A stretch of DNA of 64,000 bases from the human T2T-CHM13v2.0 reference genome, Homo sapiens: assembly GCF_009914755.1 (NCBI RefSeq), contig NC_060940.1. One strand, written 5' to 3'. The position numbers and the translations under genes are program-made. Below the pieces are notes generated by a model. It ran no database searches and had not been told where the DNA came from. It worked only from the letters and a program-made list of their open reading frames with translations. Every line of letters begins with the position of its first letter. The first letter of the stretch is position 1. Below are positions 1 to 14,205 of this stretch, piece by piece.

Positions 1-265
1 TTGTCGTTTTCATCTATATCCAGTGACCATTCCAGGGTGCTGTCTTCTTCAGCTTCAGGTCTGGGGTATATGAGGCAAAAAGAAAGCCCAGGGAACTTGC
101 CACCACGTTGTTCTGTGGGTCCTAAAGTCTCTAGCTTATCTGCCTTCTTCTCTTCAACTTTTACAGTCTTTGTATGTTGGTTTCATATGTAATGCCCAAG
201 GATGTTTTAGCTGTAATTAGCAAAGAATAGTGAAATATTCATCTGCTCCATCTTCTCTACAGGAG
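1..265 (-). mobile_element. Ancient L1M (L1MD/ME-type) 5'-end fragment
   Basis: Ends in 'ttttagctgtaattagcaaagaatagtgaaatattcatctgctccatctt', resembling the reverse complement of old L1M 5' termini. Confidence 0.5.
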
Positions 266-1339
266 AAACTTTCCAAACTTACAAACATATATTTCAAATA
301 TTTCATAATTAAAATAAGTACTAAAAAGTGAACAAGAACTTTGGGGAATTGGGGGTTAATACTAGGTGGAGGGGGGAAGCAGTGAGTTTGATGGAGACAG
401 GGAGGAACGCCCAGCAACAGTGACAGGAAGGCACATGGAAGAGAGAACTGGTGAAACATTTTCCAGTAATGGAAACTGACAAGGTGAGAACTGCTTACAA
501 GCAGAGCCAGGTTTTGAAGACTTTGGGGATACATGAAGAATGTTCTTGAACTGATCACTTCTATAGCAGAAACATGGGCGTCGCTTTGACCCTCAGGGCC
601 TACTTTAACCTCTGTTCTCACCCTTTTGGAGTAACATAAAATGACAGTAATAGTTGAATCCATCGTATTATTTGAGAGTGACCCTCTGACCTAGAGGTCA
701 AGCTTTTTGCTTACCCGTCTGATTAGAACATTCCATAATTTTTGAAGGAACTCATCTCCGGGCCCTTTCCATTAATTAGTCCAGCACTAGCAGATCCTTG
801 AAGAGGAAAAACCAGTGTCGAAGGCTCTCAAATCCCTCTTTGGCGATTAGGAAGTGAGATAAGGAAGGGAAGCTTTTAACAACATGAGAGTCGTCCTGCA
901 AGCTCCAGAGAAGCGGTTCTTTGCAATCTGAGAGGAGCCCAGCCACATGAGAAAAGCAAACAAACAAAAATACCTCTGTGATGCTTGGATTTTATAAAGT
1001 GCTGATATCTGATGGTTAATCTGCCTGGCCCTGCCAGAGAGGACAGTGTTAAATTGCCTTCTATTCTTGGGAAACTTAACTTGTCATTGTTAAGCCTGCC
1101 TGCATGAGAGCCTTTGAAACAAAATCTGGATGTGTAGAAAAGTTGTCTAGGTTCAGGTTAGGTGAACTCTGCAGCAGTGGAAGTGGCCTGAGGTTAAGTG
1201 AAGCGTCCCCAAGCCAAGTGAGCTCTAGAGAAATCTGCTAGCTGGAAGGCACAGTCAGAAGACCCTTCAAAGTCTACAGAGGGAAACTAGGGGCATCTTT
1301 CGGACCTAAGGCCCTTCTACCTTCCATAGACTCCGGGGA

Positions 1340-1550
1340 GGTGGTGTGAGACAGTGGTGATGCGCATAGCCTTTGAATACATTCACACTTCAGCCAGCTG
1401 GTGGTACATGAGAGAATGGCTCCATCTCTTCAGCTTCAGTTTCCACATCCATAAAATGGAAACAATTATGGGACCTGCTATCTCATTGACTGAGAGAATT
1501 CTTGCATTATACATGGGGAGTGTTCAATGAACAATAGTTGCTATTATTTT
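1340..1550 (+). mobile_element. MIR SINE
   Basis: Core 'cttcagtttccacatccataaaatggaa' plus 3' end 'gtgttcaatgaacaatagttgctattatt'. Confidence 0.65.
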
Positions 1551-1569
1551 AAAAATCACTGGTCTAATA

Positions 1570-1750
1570 GAATGTTTACAGGGAGCCAAAAGAAACTCAT
1601 AGAATTGAGACTAACCATTTCATTTTAGAGAAGGGGCAGCTGAGACTCAAAGATGTTGCCTATGATGCCCCCACACACCCCTCAAGGTCATATGGCTAGT
1701 TGGAGGCAGAGCTACCAAAAGAACACCATTCTCCTAAACTCTGTGGTCTC
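1570..1750 (-). mobile_element. MIR SINE fragment
   Basis: 'cattttagagaaggggcagctgagactca...caaggtcatatggctagttggaggcagagct'. Confidence 0.6.
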
Positions 1751-1842
1751 CTTCCCTGTTTTTTTCAATTGCCACATCAAATCGAGGTTATAGTTTGAAC
1801 CTGATAAACATATTATCTGACTTTACAAGAAGTTTCTACTTT

Positions 1843-2299
<457 letters not shown>

Positions 2300-2755
2300 A
2301 AGATTGTTCTGTGTATGTTTTTTAACATGTGTCTCAAGAAAGTTGCACCAAATGAGAAACCAACAAACAACTAAAAACGAAAATAATAACACTAAATGAA
2401 AACAACCGTCAAAAGAAGAGATCTAATTGCAAATACCAGAACCCATGTCTCATACAGAAGATCCAGCGTCTTGTCATAATCACATCGTGCATAATATCAG
2501 AGTCTTCCTTCTCTGTCTCGTGAGGTGAGTGATCCCACGTGCATTCTAATGCATGTTTTATTTCTCCATTGATTTTAATTAAAAGGATATTGTCAAGGTT
2601 GCTAGGCATAAATATTGACTGCTTTTGACACTACAGTTGTCCCAGAGGGTCAGGCTTGCTTTTTCAAGCTTCTTGAATCTCTTTCAGTTCCTTGGAGTCT
2701 CTTTTTGGTATGTTGGAAATTTCAAAAAAAATGGAACTATTAGGGCATGCCTGAT

Positions 2756-2757
<2 letters not shown>

Positions 2758-2786
<29 letters not shown>
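2758..2786. repeat. (T)29 homopolymer
   Basis: Direct count. Confidence 0.95.
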
Positions 2787-2789
<3 letters not shown>

Positions 2790-3937
2790 GCAGGTTGAAA
2801 AAGAAAAGAAAGGCCTGGTAATTTGGAATAATCATACACAAGTTAAATCTTGGGTCTTGAGTTAGCAAGAATGGTTGCATGAGTGGTAAAAATTACTGAA
2901 AATTACTTCCTATTCAATCAGTTTGGTCAGTGTATATGCTGATATATCTCCAAAATTTCATATAGACATCATTAGTGCTTTTAACAAACCAAAGAGATAT
3001 GTTCTTTTAAAAGAGAATTTTACTAAAAGAGATTCCTAGTGTCCCAACCCCAAACCCTTCACCCAGGCCTGAGTTCCTTTGTAATTTCTAAATGATCACA
3101 GCTCCCTTGCCTAAGTAGGCTGTCAATTCAGCACTGATGAACATTTCTATCCGGGAACTGGAAGGGCTTGAGATGGTGCTGGCATTTCAGGGTTAATTCT
3201 AGCAGAGTCTAAAGCAGCAGGGGTTTAAAGAGGCCCAACAATATTTCAGGAAGAGGTGGACTGCCGAGAATAAGTGGTGTAAAATGCATTATGAACATTC
3301 TCAGCAAAGAGAAATTGTCTTTTTCTTGTTGATAGTAGAAAATCAATACAGTTGTTTTCTGTTCAGTTTTCAAGGGCACAAGTTGCTGCTACTTCAGGCT
3401 TGAGAAGTTCATAGGGTGGTTAACGAAATGTCAGCAGTGATTGAGCAGTTCAAGCAAAATTGACATCCCTCTGCCATAAGTCTACCCTAAGTGAACTGGC
3501 AGCCACGGGGGATGGCAGAGCATCCCAGGGCCACAGGGAGCAGGTGGGTTAACGCGTCAAGCTAAAAGAATAATTGCTGGCCCCACACAACAGGTGGAAA
3601 GACAATTCACGTTGGTATTCTCCTTGGTTTGGGTAGCTGGCGTGAGGAAAGAAGAAAGACTCTGATCAGTAGAAGGGCTGCCCAGAAGCCGATAGAACTC
3701 CAGTTACCCTAGGACTGTGTGCAATCTCTTTTCCTCATCCCATCTGGCAGCATGGGGATTCTTTTCTTTCTTGGCACTGTCTGGCTTGTCATATATATTA
3801 TTTTCCCTTCTCTCCAGATGCCCTTCCTTCCCTACTTTTTCTACTTTCCATCTGTAAGCCACCTTTTCTAAGTAGATGAAGGTCATTACTCAGCATCCAC
3901 GGTGGTTAAGAGGCAATCTCTGGAGATCCAAAGCCCT

Positions 3938-4304
3938 TTAAATGGTTTGGGTCTGTGTTCCCATCCAATTCTCATCCCAAATAATAATCCCCATGTGTCA
4001 GAGGAGAGGCCGGATGGGAGACCATTGGATCACTGGGGCTAATTTCCCTTTTGCTGTTCTCATGATAGTGAGTTCTCATGATATCTGATGGGTTTAAATT
4101 GTGGCCCTCCCCTCCTTGCTCTCTCTCTCTCCTACTGGCTGCCTTGTGAGAAGGTGCTTACTTCACCTTCACCTTCTGCCATGACTGTAAGTTTCCTGAG
4201 GCCTCCCCAGCCATGTGGAACTGTGAGTCAATTAAACCTGTTTTCTTTATAAATTACCCAGTCTCAGGTAGTTATTTATAGCAATGTGAAAATAGGACAG
4301 TACA
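3938..4304 (+). mobile_element. THE1D/MSTA-type MaLR solo LTR inserted into a MIR
   Basis: 'atggtttgggtctgtgttccc...gaggcctccccagccatgtggaactgtgagtcaattaaacc...ataaattacccagtctcaggtag...taca'; MIR pieces on both sides (about 3895-3937 and 4305-4395). Confidence 0.9.
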
Positions 4305-4440
4305 ATCCTGAATTGATCATTTAGTAAAAATGTTTCTTGAGCCACTCCCCCAGCCCCAAGCCTCAGTTTCTTCAACTGTAAAATGGGTGATAATTTTCCT
4401 CACTTTATGAGAATAAGGTGCTCACTCAGTCCTGCAAGTA

Positions 4441-4520
4441 CAGGGTTGATGGCTGAGAGTGAGCACTTCCTTAAATTTTGTGCCCAAGACACCTCACTCA
4501 TCTCACTTTCATAGTAACCT
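4441..4520. mobile_element. MER91-like hAT DNA transposon fragment
   Basis: 'cttaaattttgtgcccaagacacctcactcatctcac'. Confidence 0.5.
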
Positions 4521-7205
4521 TGTTGCAATAACATTGTAAGTTAACCTGTTGATCTCCTTAAAATGTTTTGCACATTGAGTGATTATGACCTTTCATTTGT
4601 ATAAATGTTCACAATTTTGCCAAAACACATTCCCAGACAATCTTCTGACTGTTTTGGGCTTTATCACTTGCTTCCTTTTCCCCTCCACTCTGACTACTGG
4701 CAGATAAAACAGTCTTTCTTCTACACCATGCACTTTAGCAGTTAGCGCAGAAACAGTCACACAGGAGGCACTCACAGAATAGACTTGGGCTAAAAGAAAA
4801 AGGTAATGAATAGTCTTTGTTTCACCAGATTACCAAAGGACTATGTAAATATTTCAATCTCTTACTCCTACCCAGTTCTATAGACAATGGGTCAACAGAA
4901 CTTTTATGAACAGATGAAGAAACTATGTCTACAGTACCTCTGTGAAGCAGTGTTAAGTCCCAACATGGTCAGGGATATTTCCTTTTTCTTCGAATACGAT
5001 GACTGGGTCTTGATTCAAAGGCACTGTTTGGGAGCAGCATGTCTGCATGGGAACAAGCACATATACATACTCACATGTATGTTTGTACACAGAAGCACGC
5101 ATCGGTTTCTACGCATGTGATATAGTTAAATGATGGTCAAGACAGTGATTTAAATTTGCCTGAGCTCCAGGGTCTCTGCATGACACACAATCCAGGATGG
5201 AAGGCTTAGTCTCATGAAAGACCAATAGAAATAAAATACAATGAGATACAGAAATGCAAAATCATCCAAATACGGCTGCTTCCTCCTTCCTTAAATGTTT
5301 TCCTATGCATGTGAATCTCTCTCCTACCGGGTACCAGCCACCCCCTCACCATGGCATTTTAGAAAGGCGAAATAGATAAAAAAGGCTAGTCTCAAAAGAA
5401 AATGAGGACATCCTCTTAAAAAATGACCTAAAGCAGAATCCTTATTGCTAAAGCTCTTCTGATGTTTCATTTTTTTTTTTTAAAGCCAAGGCATTGTAAT
5501 TTAGTCAGTTAGGAAAATCCCTGAGCAGTTTCCTTAACTTTTCTGTGGCTAAGAAGCATTTCCTTTTTTTTTTTTTTCTTGTTGGGTGTGGAAAGTTAGA
5601 GGGTATATCTTTGTCTTTTCTCCATACCCAATTTTCCAAGACTAAGAAATGGGACATCAAAGGGCTCATTGAAATAGATAAAATGCTCCGTCAAATAGCT
5701 CTAATAAAACAACATCTTGATGATTCTTGAGAAAATGGATCAGAGCATATGGACTCAATTTCCCTTGGAAAAATCTATTGGGAAAAAGAAAACCAAGTGG
5801 CGTGGGTAAAGTGTTTTCAGTATTTTATTCTTTCCAATTCTGAAATGTAGCTCTAATTCTCTGTCAATTAAGGAAGCCCATTGGGATTTGATACCCACTC
5901 TGGATCTACGTTATATTTTGACTTCCAATGAGTCTAGAAAAATAAATTGAGGAAGTACAAAAGGATGACAGCTTAGCAATAATATATCTTTAAAACCCTC
6001 ACTGCATTTTTATCTAAACACAAAAATTTGGTGTGGGGAGGGAGGACGGGGAGAGGGGAGAAGGATTGCAGAAAGAACTTGGAGTTTGCAGTTTGTAACC
6101 TTTTGTTCTAGGCCTTCCATCTTCAAATGTCATCAGCTCTGAAATGATCACTAATCTTCACTATATCTCTTGCAATTGTTGACCATTCTTTTGTTTGGTG
6201 TCAATTAGATAGGAAAGAATTTTCAATAATTCAATAGTTCTGTATTAAAGGGCAGCTCAACTGCACATAACTTATCTCCTTGGTTATCAATTGTTTTTAT
6301 GGAACAGCCCAGGGAAGATCACTTGGCTAACTCACCATCCATCCATCAGGGCTCAGATTCATCTGAGTAAATGTAGAGTTATGATTTAATTTCCAAAAGG
6401 TTGGGTTCAAATACAACAGAATGAGACTTGTTTATAGAATGATGGCTTGTTTTTCTCAGTTACTAATTGTGAGCTTAATTTTTAATGGAAGAGCATTGCT
6501 AGCATAATTAACACCCAATTTACATGTGCATCCATAGAACCAATTAATTAAATTTTATTGATGCCTAGTTGCTCTTTAAAATGCTTTCCAAATGCCTCCA
6601 AATTGATTTTAAACTGTTGATAGTGGAAGTCAGTTTACACTTTTCTTGGGTTTATGAAATACTAACCTCTTCATTCATTAAAATATGTTTTATCTACTAG
6701 ACACATTCCATAATTTGCTAAGGATATTTTGCATGGAGTGCATAGTGTGGGCTGATGGCACTGCCAGTTTGAACAGTGTTTAAAACAAATGCTATAGTAC
6801 TTGGGGACTACAGTTAGATGGCCCCAAGGATCTGAAAATGAAGAAAGAGTACCCTCTGAAAACAGAGCAGAGATAGGCAAAGTCAACTGAAAAAGACAAG
6901 AAAATCTCCCAGAACATCCAGGGGAGACTTAACGTGGAGATTTTCGTGCATCTAAAGAAAAAGTGTTTTACCCCTAAAAGGCTGATCAGCAATGAAAGCT
7001 TTGAAGAGGAGGGCTCTAGAATGTAATTCAATGTTGCAGAGACATACACACACTTTGGGAGATAAACTTGACTTTATCTTTTTGACTTTTTGATTCCTGG
7101 GATGACAATCATTACTGCAAATTAAAATCTCTGGCAGTCTCAATCCAATGCCAATAGATATTAACTTCACAGAAGTCCTGTTCTTCTTTGTCAAAAAACA
7201 TGTGT

Positions 7206-7380
7206 ATAAATTTTTGGGGTACAAGGGCAACTTTGTTGCATGGATAAATTGCATAGTGGCGAAGTCAGGGCTTTTAGGGTATGCATCACCCAAATAACAT
7301 ACATTGTACCCATTAAGTAATTTCTCATCATCCACTGCCTCCCACCCTCTCATCCTTCCAAGTCTCCACTGTCTATCATA
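7206..7380 (-). mobile_element. L1PB4/L1MA-type 3' end
   Basis: 'ggggtacaagggcaactttgttgcatggata...tacattgtacccattaagtaatttctcatc'. Confidence 0.8.
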
Positions 7381-7699
7381 AGTCCTCCTCTTCTTTTCAC
7401 CAAGAAGTCCTCTGAATATAATATGGCTTCCATGTGGAGACATAAATATGTTAACAAAGAAGAAATGAGCTGCCCCTAAAGAGGACTTCAAGTGTTTTGA
7501 ATCCCTGTGATGGTGACTTTGTATGGTCAATGAATCAAAACACATTTGGATCACATTAAGCTCCACTAGATGGAAAGAATGACCAAGCATCTTTGGCAGC
7601 TCTTCCTTTTTATGAACTCTCCAAAAACAAAGCTCCAAATATTGCTCAGATATGATTGTTGTCCTCGTGTCTATTACCTTTATCAAGGGAGCTTACTGT

Positions 7700-7824
7700 C
7701 TTGCCTGGGCTATTTCAGTAACCTCTTAATGGTTGGACTCACCTCCAGCCTGGATGCCTTCAGTCTGCTCTCTGTACTGTGGGTGGCATGATTATGTGAA
7801 TGGCCACCCCTGCCCCCTCAACAT

Positions 7825-7868
<44 letters not shown>

Positions 7869-8082
7869 CTCCCACACCACTATACATGATTAATCCTTCA
7901 ATGTCTTCTAATGCTCTCAAGCTCAAGGCAAACTTGCTTAACATGTCAACACTGCCCTATATGGGCAGGCCACTACCTATCCACCTATTCCTAGCATGTC
8001 ACATGTACACTCCTGTCTCTGCTCCAGCCACTCCGGTCTTCAATTCCTTGTGCAAACAATCCCCTCTATTGCTATAGGGCCT
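7700..8082 (+). mobile_element. L2 LINE fragment (continues at 9088)
   Basis: 'cagtaacctcttaatggt...aatccttcaatgtctt...ctctgctccagccact'. Confidence 0.6.
7826..7867. repeat. (CA)21 microsatellite
   Basis: Direct reading. Confidence 0.97.
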
Positions 8083-8433
8083 GTCAAAGTATCATTTTAT
8101 AAAGGTGATGAACAAGGCTTTTATGCAAATACAAAGTAAACAGGTACAAAGATTTATTTAACTCATTAAAGAGGAAACCAGGAGTGTTTGAGAACTGTGT
8201 GTTTATCAGCACAGGAAAAAAAGTTAGAATAAGATTGCTAGTTTAGGTAAGAAAGTGGTTAATGGATTAGGACTACAGCACTATGAAATCATAACCTTTA
8301 TTTTCTTTTTTTTTACCAGCAAAAATCATTTGCATCTCTTGCAGACAAAAATAACTTTAAATTAATCATGACTTCCCAGGGTCTGGGCCTTAGTCAATAG
8401 TAAAGAAAATGGCAAAGGTGGGTTCTCCTAGAA

Positions 8434-8969
8434 CAGGGATTGGTGAACTATGGCCCACAGGCCAAATGAAGCTTGTGGACCACTTTTGTACAACTTGAGA
8501 GCAAAGGATGTTTTTTTTTTTTTCTTTTTTACATTTTTAAAGGATTGTGAAGACAATCCTGCCAAACAGGCCATAGCTTACTCCTGTTAACCCAGCACTT
8601 TGGGAAGCCTCAGTAGAAGGATCACTTGAACCTGGGAGTTCCAGACCAGCTTGGGAAACATAGTGAGACCTTGTCTCTAAAAAAAATAAAAATAAATTAG
8701 CCGGGCATGGTGGTGCGCGCCTTGTAGTCCCAGCTACTTGGGAAGCTGAGGTGGGAGGATGGCTTAGGCTGGGGAGGTCAAGGCTATGGTAAGCCGTGAT
8801 TGCGCTGCTGGACTCTAGCCTGGGTGATAGTGAGACCTTGTCTCAAAACAAACAAACAATCACCCCAAACAAATAAGAATACTTCACAGAAATACATATG
8901 GCTCTGTTTTAAAATAAAGTTTGAAATATTTACTCTCTGGGCCTTTACATAAAAAATTTGCTGGCCCTG
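8434..8969 (+). mobile_element. MER58 (C-like) hAT-Charlie DNA transposon, split by AluJ
   Basis: Terminal inverted repeats 'cagggattggtgaac' and 'aatttgctggccctg'; internal 'tttacatttttaaagg' and 'aaatatttactctctgggcctttaca'. Confidence 0.8.
8569..8856 (+). mobile_element. AluJ
   Basis: Dimer with J diagnostics (ggaggatggctt, gaggtcaaggct, gagaccttgtctc); degenerate TSD acaatcctgccaaaca / acaatcaccccaaaca. Confidence 0.92.
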
Positions 8970-9087
8970 AGCTGGAAAATTAAATAATCCTCAGATGAGC
9001 CTTTTAACCAGCACTCCATTGTGACTTTGAAAAGACAAGCATCTATCCTTTTGCCTTACTTCCAAGGTTTTGGGCATTTTTTAAAAA

Positions 9088-9458
9088 TAGCCTTTGCAGT
9101 TATAACCTTTCTGTGTAGAATGTCTTTCCCTCCCTCTTCCCCAAGTTTACTCCTTTTGCAGATGTCAGCTCCAAGGCCATTTCCTCAAAGTTTTCCCTGA
9201 CTTCGAGACTGAGCCGTATTGCTCTATCTCTAGGCTCTCTTGGCATCGTGAACCTTCCTGTAGCAGCATGCGTCATTGTTACAGCTCTGTTTGGGGGATT
9301 ATTTGATTAATATCTGTCCCCCCACTAGTATGCTGTCTCCATGAAGATAATGACAATGTCTGTTTTATTTTCCATTTTCTGCTGTGTCTGTAGTATCAAG
9401 ATAGTGTCTGGCTGTCAGTAGGCAGATAATAAATATATGTTAAATACATGAACAAATG
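9088..9458 (+). mobile_element. L2a 3' end
   Basis: 'gcctttgcagt...ctgtccccccactagtatg...atagtgtctggctgtcagtaggcagataataaatatatgttaaat'. Confidence 0.75.
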
Positions 9459-10449
9459 TATGACATTATTACGGTTCAAATTAGTGTTCTGGTGTGTAAC
9501 TCAACTGTGTGTGTGTGTGTCAGTGGTCTTGAATCAGTTTCTCACTTTTAGGAACCCTTAGACATTGATACGTATGATTATTTGGGCTTTTTAAATACAA
9601 AATTAATGCAAGAGATGTCATAAAATAATCAAAAGGTACCCAGTGAATCCTTCCTCAGTCTCAGCCAACTTTTCTCAGGCTTAGATGATTAGTAGTTTTC
9701 TCCTAAAAACTACTGATTGCCATAAATGGGTGAAGACATGGACTGGGATTGTATCAAGGGAGCTTTCATGGTATAATCAATGCTAACACCTTGTAAAAGA
9801 GGAGCAACACCCCATATTAAGCTGTGACCATGGAATATTATCCAATACACCAAGGAACACTGGAATTAAAATAAAAATAGCACATGTTAATATGGAGACT
9901 TTCATGAGTTTCTCAACAATATGTGTAAGTTTGTATTTGTATGTGTTTTCTGGTCTCCCTGTGAGTAAAGCTGATGATTGTAAAAATGGCATCACTTCAC
10001 TGTAAGATTATTTAGAATTTAGTGTAAAGCTACTGGAATGTAAATTGCTTTCCTTTGGCTTAGCACTAGGTATAGATCTGAACTTAATAAATATTTGGGA
10101 ACTCAAGAGTTTCACTTGAATTTATTTTCAAGAGGTCAAAGACCAGTGAAATTTGGTAAGTTCATGGGATTTGGAGGTGAAAGCCTCCTGAGAAATTCTG
10201 TGGCTTATATGGTTAGCTCTCTTTGGAAAACAGAGAGAGATGGCATCACCAGAAACTTCTGCTGGAAGTAAAGGAATTGGGATGTTGAATCTAGACCCAT
10301 AAGCCCCTTGAAAATATCCTTGAGGTATGAGTTTAGTTGCTTTGCTGAGTCACCATCAAAAGGCCCAGTAGTTTGCATGACTCAGAGGCATTAACTCCAA
10401 AACGTTAAGACTAAAGTGAAAACCTAATGGAAAATCACACAATTTGTGG

Positions 10450-10655
10450 CATGATCAATCTGGGTTTTCTTCCTGCTACTTATACTACAATATTGGACAA
10501 GATACTTATTCACTAAGCTTTGGTTTTATTATTTGTAAAGTTGATGTGAAAATATCATAATCATGTATCATTGCTAATATTTTTGAGGAAATCATATGTA
10601 AGACATCTAGCAAAGTGCCTGGCCCTTAGCGGGTGTTCAATGAGAATAACTACCT
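10450..10655 (+). mobile_element. MIR SINE
   Basis: 'ttggacaagatactt...atttgtaaag...tagcaaagtgcctggcccttagcgggtgttcaat'. Confidence 0.65.
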
Positions 10656-11009
10656 TTTGTTTGGCTCTTATTATGTGTTTAACCTTGCACCACTTACTTT
10701 ACTTAAAATAAAACATAAATTGAAATATCAGGGAGAATAGTTATTTGACAAATAAGAAAATTAAATCAATGGGGTCTGATGGACAGCATAATGGCAGAAT
10801 TGAAATGTAAACACATGTTTTCAAAGTCATTCCTTTTCTGCTGCATCTTATAGCCCCTTAGAAAATGTCAGTTTTCTTCTTTTCACCCTTCAGCTTAAGG
10901 AGAGTGTGTTCTGGGATCTCAGCCCCAGAGCCCACAGACTTACTAGTCAGTTTCTAGCTAATTTCTAACAAGTTCCCGAGGACCACAGTTGAAGAACCTT
11001 TGCCATATG

Positions 11010-11165
11010 GTATTGTGGAGCAAGAAATGGAAGAAACCTGGGCCCCTGAATGACCACATGGAGCAGAGCTACCCATGATATAGAGATCCATTCTCCTGAG
11101 GACTTTTATGCAAGAGCATAATCTTCGGTCTCCTTTAAGCTACTGAATTTGGGGGTCTTTGCTCA
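11010..11165 (+). mobile_element. MLT1J/K LTR 3' fragment
   Basis: 'atggaagaaacctgggcccctgaatgaccacatggagcagagc...tttaagctactgaatttgggg'. Confidence 0.7.
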
Positions 11166-12329
11166 TGTTTTTTTTTTTCCAGTCTTTCATCCCAATTCTG
11201 TCTCAGATTTAAGACCAAGTTAAGTCCCACCTTTCCCTGTTGCTTCACTACACTGGGATTTTCTCTTTGTTGAACTTCTATCATACTTAGAGTCTATCAC
11301 AAATCATACCAATTTGTTCTCCAATTGTTCCAAAAACGTTAATGCCATCTCTTTCCTTCAATATACTTTTCTATGTCTTTCATTCTGTTCAGCACAATTC
11401 TGAACATATGGTAGATGCTCAGTAAATAGCTATCAATTAATATTTTAGTTAACTGAGAATCCACATATACACTATAAACAAATAATCCTCTTTTAATTAA
11501 AAAAATGCATGTATTAAAACTGCCTCAAAACACACTCTGCTTCCTTTAGTGACTCAGAGGGCAAGAAATTAAGTAGTATTGTTTTTATTTTATAAGGCAT
11601 CTCTCATGCATTGCATTTACAATCCACAGACTGGTGACGAGAACTGACCACAGAGTATATACATGCAATGTGCCAATGTGCCTCTTCAGAAGACAAGTAG
11701 GTTTGAAGTTAACAAAGAGATACAATCCTTATTAGCATGGGCATATCTCCACTAATATTTATCATGTATGGTTAAATGGTAAAGCCGCTACACATAGATC
11801 TTTTGTTTAACTATACTTAACTTCAAAGCCTTAAATTGTTGGAGATGGAAAAAGAAATCTCAACCTCTTATTTGAATTGTCCCTGATTTTAATCACAGAA
11901 CATCGGCATTAACATAATAGAAGTTCCAGTTACTAAACTATCATCTTCCTCCCACGAGTGAGTTGTCCTTGGACTTAGGCATCATTCCAAATAAAGGTTA
12001 GGGCAAATCCCACATTACTTTTTATCTTTTCATGATAAAGGACACAAATTTTATTTTATAATCAAGTAAAAACTTTATAGCTTAGTTTAATTTCTCTTAA
12101 GTGTATCACAAATGATGAGTATTGACAATAAAAAGTAGTCCCTATATTATTTTATGCATATGGTAACTGAAAAAGAGTCAGAATTTTATTCAATATGCAG
12201 ATTGTTTGCGAGATCCTAAATGAAATGAGGCAATATACTTGAATAAGTGCACAATCACACATTTATAAATACATATTAATTTTTGTATACTTTTTGTTCA
12301 TGTAGTGTACATGGAAGAGAGTAAAGTTA

Positions 12330-13228
<899 letters not shown>

Positions 13229-13379
13229 AGAGATGTTACTAATTGAAAATGGAACTGTGTCCTCTAATTCTTTCTTCATTGGCTTTAGATTTCTTCTAAA
13301 GGAAGCACCCTTTCTTTCAGTCCCTTGAACATCCCCTAGCTCATTTCTGACTCTCAAACTTAATCTCTGAATGGCAATT

Positions 13380-13700
13380 TAAATTGTAATCCATACAGTA
13401 GAGTACTACTTGGCAATAGAAAGAAGTAAACTTTGATACACACAGTAACTTCGATGGATCAAAAGTAACATAATGGAGTGAAAGAAGCCAGATTACAAAT
13501 GCACACTGTATGATCCCATGTATACACAATTCTAAAAAATGCAAACCAACCCTTATAGAGGCAAGAGGGAAGGATTACAACAAGGCACGAGGAAATGTTT
13601 GGGGGCAATGGATATGGTCCACATGTGTCACATGTGCAAATATATGTTAAAGTTTATTAAATTATACACTTTAAAAAATTGTAATGCATTATAATGCATT
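13380..13700 (+). mobile_element. L1MC/ME 3' end
   Basis: 'atccatacagtagagtactacttggcaata...agtgaaagaagccaga...actgtatgatcccat'. Confidence 0.75.
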
Positions 13701-13994
13701 TTCTCTCCTTACTAATTTGTACTTATTTGCAGATTTCTTGGACTATCCATATTACCTTACAAAGAAAACTGAGGGAAGTGTAGGAAACAAGGACAAAGAA
13801 AAAGGAACAAAAACCTGAGTTCCTACTGGCTAGATGTAACAGCTGTCAACTTTGAGATATCTATATTCTTCCCATCATTTCTGAATGCATACAAGCACAT
13901 ATATAAGCACACGAATGTCTCCCTCACTGAGGTACTCTCAGTACCAAGCATTGTGAGATGTGCTGTGGGAAGAGGTTCTGACAATTATATACTC

Positions 13995-14205
13995 ACAGCC
14001 CGACTACCAGAGTTCAGATAGATCTTGGCTGTGTTACCTGGGACAAATTTTCTAACTTCTTTGTGTCTCAGTTTCCTCATCCCATATCGATGGGATGAGG
14101 AAGCAAAATAATTGTGCCTAGGGTGGTTGTGAGTAGTGAATGAGTTATATATATAAAAAGGTTTTAAAATGCATGGCCTATATAAGTGTGAGGTAGGAGT
14201 AATTA
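13995..14205 (+). mobile_element. MIR SINE
   Basis: 'ggctgtgttacctgggacaaat...tctcagtttcctcatc...tagggtggttgtgag'. Confidence 0.75.

Noticed and set aside
7561-7578. CTCF-like ccactagatgga
   Set aside because: Lacks the GGC core position; too weak without data.
6952-7686. Longest non-L1 ORF (244 aa, minus strand)
   Set aside because: Non-ATG start, runs through an L1 3'UTR fragment, no recognisable domain; likely chance.
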